The position numbers and the translations under genes are program-made. Positions 60,387 to 64,000 of a stretch of 64,000 nt of DNA are shown here, in pieces. Source of the DNA: Gemmatimonadota bacterium. Lineage in GTDB: Bacteria; Gemmatimonadota; Gemmatimonadetes; Gemmatimonadales; GWC2-71-9. The DNA lies in the NCBI GenBank assembly GCA_036679605.1, contig JAZDCZ010000327.1, forward strand, positions 1-64,000, written 5' to 3'. The first letter of the stretch is position 1. The number at the start of each line of letters is the position of its first letter. The notes under the pieces are model-generated. The model did not search any database. It worked only from the letters and a program-made list of their open reading frames with translations, and had not been told where the DNA came from.

Positions 60387-60995
60387 ATGGCACGCTTCCC
60401 AGAAACAGAGCCCGACATCGCGGCGCTCGCGATGGTCTTGATCCAAGGACTCAGAAACACGCCGGAGCTGTTCCCGGCACCGCCCGTGCCGGCAGACCCG
60501 CTCCAGGCCAGCCTCGATGAGTACAACGAGGCGAGGACCGGCGCGGTCGCGGCGGAGTCGGCAGCCCGCGATCAGGTGGCCGCCAAGAACGCGGCGCTGG
60601 AGCGCCTCGCCAACCACATGCGGCTCGACTTCAAGTACGCAGAGATCGCCGCTAAGGACGCCCCCGAGCACTTGGCAAAGCTCGGCTGGGGGGCGCGCCG
60701 CGACCCCCGCGGTCTCGAGGCCCCGGGCATCATCCGCGACCTGGGGGTCAAATCCCAGGGCGACGGCTGGGTGCTACTCGATTGGAAGGCCCCGACCAGC
60801 GGAGGCGCCGCGGCGGTGTATCACATCGAGCGCCGCCGGCGCGATGGCGGCGAGTGGGGGCAGGTCGCCCACGCGATCGCCACCGAGGACTTGCTGACCG
60901 GACACGAACCCGGTGTCGAGTGGGAATTCCGCGCCTACGCCGAGAACAAGGCCGGCGTGGGTGAGCGGAGCACCGTGGTTACGGTCGAGTTGTAA
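60387..60995 (+). CDS. Fibronectin type III domain protein with a helical N-terminal half and no signal peptide
   Basis: AGGAGG RBS. Ala-rich helical region, then APG..DL....GDGWVLLDWKAP..GG....YHIERR..W...PGVEWEFRAYAENKAGVG. Confidence 0.82.
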   Translation: MARFPETEPDIAALAMVLIQGLRNTPELFPAPPVPADPLQASLDEYNEARTGAVAAESAARDQVAAKNAALERLANHMRLDFKYAEIAAKDAPEHLAKLGWGARRDPRGLEAPGIIRDLGVKSQGDGWVLLDWKAPTSGGAAAVYHIERRRRDGGEWGQVAHAIATEDLLTGHEPGVEWEFRAYAENKAGVGERSTVVTVEL

Positions 60996-61006
60996 CGGCG
61001 GGTAGC

Positions 61007-61075
61007 CGGTTAGGCGGTTGGTGCGGGCCGGTTGAGCTGTCAAGTCGCCGGGTCACCCGTCCAACCGCCTAACCG
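61007..61075. repeat. 15-bp perfect inverted repeat (hairpin or terminator)
   Basis: CGGTTAGGCGGTTGG, a 39-nt spacer, then CCAACCGCCTAACCG, just after the FN3 gene. Confidence 0.7.
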
Positions 61076-61307
61076 CTCAACCGCCTGATCGCTCACGGCC
61101 CGGTTGCGAACGCGAGTGTGTGGAGCCCCAGGCTCGCGCCTGGTCAGCCCTTTCACTCTTCACCTTTTACTCCGCTACTCCCCACTCCCCCACGTACCGA
61201 GGCTGTTTGCCACGCCATGCGCTCAAGTGGTACCAGTTTCTGTGACCTACCACATTACGCTAGTGCGTGCAGTACTCTTGCCCAATCCGTACAGCCGAGG
61301 TGAGCTT

Positions 61308-61856
61308 ATGGGTATGGCCGCTCCAATCTATTACTCGGCCGAACTGGTCCGTGCGATGCCTGACGACGGGAAGCGTTACGAGACCGTCCACGGGGAGTTG
61401 TTGGTGACACCAGCCCCCCGCATACCCCATCAGGAAGTCGTCCTGGGACTCGCCGCCGATCTTCGAGGATATCTCAAGGAATACCGCGTCGGATCTGTGC
61501 TAATCTCACCCGCCGACATTTCGTGGGGGACCGGCGTTCTGGTGCAACCCGACGTGTTCGTGGCCGACCGCAACGAGGTCAGGACCAGCGAATGGGAGAA
61601 CGTCCAGACCTTACTGCTGGCTATCGAGGTCCTGAGCCCGAGCACGGCTCGCTACGACCGCTTCACCAAACGGCGGCTCTATCAGGAAGTGGGAGTACCG
61701 CACTATTGGATCGTGGATCCCGACCATCGGCTCGTCGAGGTGTGGACTCCAGACGACACGTTCCCGACGGTTGAGCGCGAGCGGGTTACCTGGGCCCCGC
61801 GAGGCGCCGCGAAGCCGTTCACACTGCCATTGGCCGAGTTATTCGAGGATACGTGA
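61308..61856 (+). CDS. Uma2-family (PD-(D/E)XK-like) endonuclease
   Basis: MPDDGKRYE..HGEL..PAP..HQ, VQPDVFV, IEVLSPST..DRFTKRRLY...GVPHYWIVDP. Confidence 0.9.
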   Translation: MGMAAPIYYSAELVRAMPDDGKRYETVHGELLVTPAPRIPHQEVVLGLAADLRGYLKEYRVGSVLISPADISWGTGVLVQPDVFVADRNEVRTSEWENVQTLLLAIEVLSPSTARYDRFTKRRLYQEVGVPHYWIVDPDHRLVEVWTPDDTFPTVERERVTWAPRGAAKPFTLPLAELFEDT

Positions 61857-62167
61857 GCCTCGCAGGTCGGGGAGTCTCCAGGCATTCCGTGTCAATGGAG
61901 TTGGGATCAATTCCGGCTCAGCGCAGCGTGCCGGAGTGTCCGGAGCACGCGTCGGTGAGCGGCGGGGCTACTTGGGACGTCCGGCCCGTGCGAGCGAACC
62001 GCAGCGTGCAGAGGATCACTGCCGGCATGCGTAGCGACGGGAGCCCCGGGGATTCATGAGCACCTTTTCGAGCCACTACCAGGCTGGCGCCTGGGATTAG
62101 CCTTTTCACTTCTCCTTCACCGGTATACATATTGCCCCTGCGCTAGTTCACATATATTGGCAACTAA

Positions 62168-63025
62168 CACCAGCATGGCGGCACCATCAAACACCACTTC
62201 ACCGTCGACGTAGAGGAATACTTCCAGGTCTCGGCGCTAGAGCCTTACGTTTCGCGTGACTCGTGGGACGAGCGTGAGAGCCGAGTGGAGATGTGTGTCG
62301 ATCGGTTGCTGGAACTGCTGGACCGTCACGGGCACACGGCGACGTTCTTCGTGCTGGGATGGATCGCAGAGCGTCACCCGGACCTCGTGCGTCGCGTAGC
62401 AGCTGCAGGGCACGAAATAGCATCGCACGGCTTCGGTCACCGCCGGATAACCGAGCTGACTCCCGATGATTTCCGTGAGTCGATCAGGAGTTCCAAGGCT
62501 ACGCTCGAGGCAATCATCGCCGACGATGTAATCGGATATCGGGCACCGAGTTTCTCGATTGTACGAGGCGGAGAATGGGCGCTCGACATACTGATAGAGG
62601 AGGGCTACAAGTACGACTCCAGCTTATTCCCCATGAAACGTAACGGCTACGGATATGCCGGCGGCGAACGCGGCCCGCATTGGCTCGATCGTCCCGCTGG
62701 GAAACTGTTCGAGGTGCCGCCCACTACTCTTCGCAGGTTCGGCAACAACCTTCCGGCCGCGGGCGGCGCTTACTTCAGGATCTTTCCCTATCATGTCACC
62801 AAGACGGCCATACTCGAAGCGGAGCGGGATGGCACGCCGGCCACGTTCTACGTGCATCCATGGGAAGTGGATCCCGATCAACCACGGCTCGATGTTTCCG
62901 CATTTACCCGTCTCAGGCACTATGGGGGATTGAATCGTACACGGCCGAGGCTGGAACGCCTGCTCTCCCAGTTCGAGTTCTCTTCCATCGCCGAGACACT
63001 CAGTGCATGCAGAGAGCATGACTGA
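62168..63025 (+). CDS. Exosortase-system polysaccharide deacetylase (DUF3473 type); start anomalous
   Basis: HFTVDVEEYFQVSA, ATFFVLGWIAE, GHEIASHGFGH, GYRAPSFS, GGAYFR, YVHPWEVDPDQPR. The frame is open from 62168 but has no in-frame ATG/GTG/TTG before the first motif. Confidence 0.85.
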   Translation, partial: HQHGGTIKHHFTVDVEEYFQVSALEPYVSRDSWDERESRVEMCVDRLLELLDRHGHTATFFVLGWIAERHPDLVRRVAAAGHEIASHGFGHRRITELTPDDFRESIRSSKATLEAIIADDVIGYRAPSFSIVRGGEWALDILIEEGYKYDSSLFPMKRNGYGYAGGERGPHWLDRPAGKLFEVPPTTLRRFGNNLPAAGGAYFRIFPYHVTKTAILEAERDGTPATFYVHPWEVDPDQPRLDVSAFTRLRHYGGLNRTRPRLERLLSQFEFSSIAETLSACREHD

Positions 63026-64000
63026 AGAGGTTCACGAACTTCACGTCGATCGGTTCGCGGGAGCACCATCGACCTGGAACGAATTCGTTCGCGCGCAAGA
63101 TGGATGGACACATTTTCATCTGTTCGAGTGGAAGAACGTCATCCAGGAGGTGTTCGGACACGAATGCATTTACCTAACTGCAGTCGACAGAGACGATGCA
63201 CTCTCCGGCGTGTTGCCGCTCGTGCGGGTCAAAAGCAGGATCTTCGGGCACTACCTGGTTTCGATGCCATTCTTGAACTACGGCGGACCATTGGGAACTG
63301 CAGGCGCGATACGGAAACTCGTGGATCATGCCGTGCATCTTGCCCGCGAGAGCGACGCCGACCTCCTCGAGTTGCGCAGCAGAACTCGATTGGATCTTGA
63401 TCTACCGGTATCGCACCGAAAAGTTGATGTCATTCTCGAGCTACCCGACAATCCCGCCGCGCTCTGGTCGCAGTTCAAGACAAAGAGACGCACAAGGATA
63501 CGCCGCGCAGAGAAGGAGGGAGTCGAGGTTCGGTTCGGATTGTCCGAGCTGGACACATTCTACACCGTGTTTAGACGACACATGCGTGATCTGGGAACGC
63601 CTGTACTGAGTCGCCACATCTTCGAATCCATCGGCGATCATTTCCCCGACGACGTTCGCTTTGTGACCGCCTACCTCAAAGGAGTGCCCATTGCCTCAGG
63701 ATGCGGCTTCACTTGGGATAGAGAGTTCGAGATGACTTGGGGAGCATCATTGCAAGAATTCAACAAGTGGGCACCCAACATGCTCCTCTATTGGAAGACC
63801 ATGGAGCAGGCCATCGGTGAAGGAGTAAGGGTATTCAACTTCGGCCGTTGCACGCCTGGTGGAGGAACCCACAAGTTCAAGCTCCAGTGGGGATCTCGGG
63901 AAATACCGCTTTTTTGGTACCAGCATGCCGCCACTCTCACCGAGGGAACGCCGTCGCCGGATGACTCACGCTACTCGTGGGGTCCGCGGATATGGAAACA
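63018..64000 (+). CDS. FemAB-family exosortase-system-associated protein (partial, runs off the window)
   Basis: GVLPLVRVKSRIFGHYLVSMPFLNYGG, LELR, MRDLGTP, APNMLLYW, FNFGR, KFKLQWG. Confidence 0.9.
   Translation, partial: MTEEVHELHVDRFAGAPSTWNEFVRAQDGWTHFHLFEWKNVIQEVFGHECIYLTAVDRDDALSGVLPLVRVKSRIFGHYLVSMPFLNYGGPLGTAGAIRKLVDHAVHLARESDADLLELRSRTRLDLDLPVSHRKVDVILELPDNPAALWSQFKTKRRTRIRRAEKEGVEVRFGLSELDTFYTVFRRHMRDLGTPVLSRHIFESIGDHFPDDVRFVTAYLKGVPIASGCGFTWDREFEMTWGASLQEFNKWAPNMLLYWKTMEQAIGEGVRVFNFGRCTPGGGTHKFKLQWGSREIPLFWYQHAATLTEGTPSPDDSRYSWGPRIWK

Noticed and set aside
61860..62060. Possible IS end or structured RNA after the Uma2 gene
   Set aside because: I found no matching inverted repeat, transposase fragment or recognisable RNA motif.
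1..64000. Many long antisense or alternate-frame ORFs in the track (e.g. 33099-33851, 54462-55295, 21604-22335)
   Set aside because: They are shadows of well-supported genes in GC-rich DNA and have no motifs. No tRNA or rRNA genes were recognised either.

Overview
GC-rich bacterial DNA, plausibly Gemmatimonadota (inferred from gene content, not proven). Almost the whole window is one large cell-surface glycan locus linked to an exosortase system. It contains wecB, a GT2-priming sugar transferase fusion, an amino-sugar/polyprenyl operon, exosortase plus EpsI, AsnB, many GT2/GT4/GT-C glycosyltransferases, deacetylases, SGNH proteins, methyltransferases, a kinase, Wzm/Wzt, a carbamoyltransferase-SxtJ-DUF5989 trio, a TonB-dependent receptor with a lipoprotein, and a FemAB-like gene cut by the window end. 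Mobile elements are the end of an ISL3 element and a complete IS481-like element. Most notable observations: (1) the intergenic gaps hold decayed partial copies of neighbouring genes, including a five-gene block present twice with reciprocal decay; (2) an accessory insert at 58.9-62.1 kb carries an orphan ECF sigma, a 10-bp-arm palindrome, a roughly 540-bp array of 21-bp repeats, a signal-less FN3 protein and a Uma2 nuclease; (3) a REP-like hairpin family and a recurrent 25-bp palindromic motif in intergenic regions; (4) a GT-C gene with TAG where its paralog has Trp. All calls come from manual motif reading; no database searches were run.
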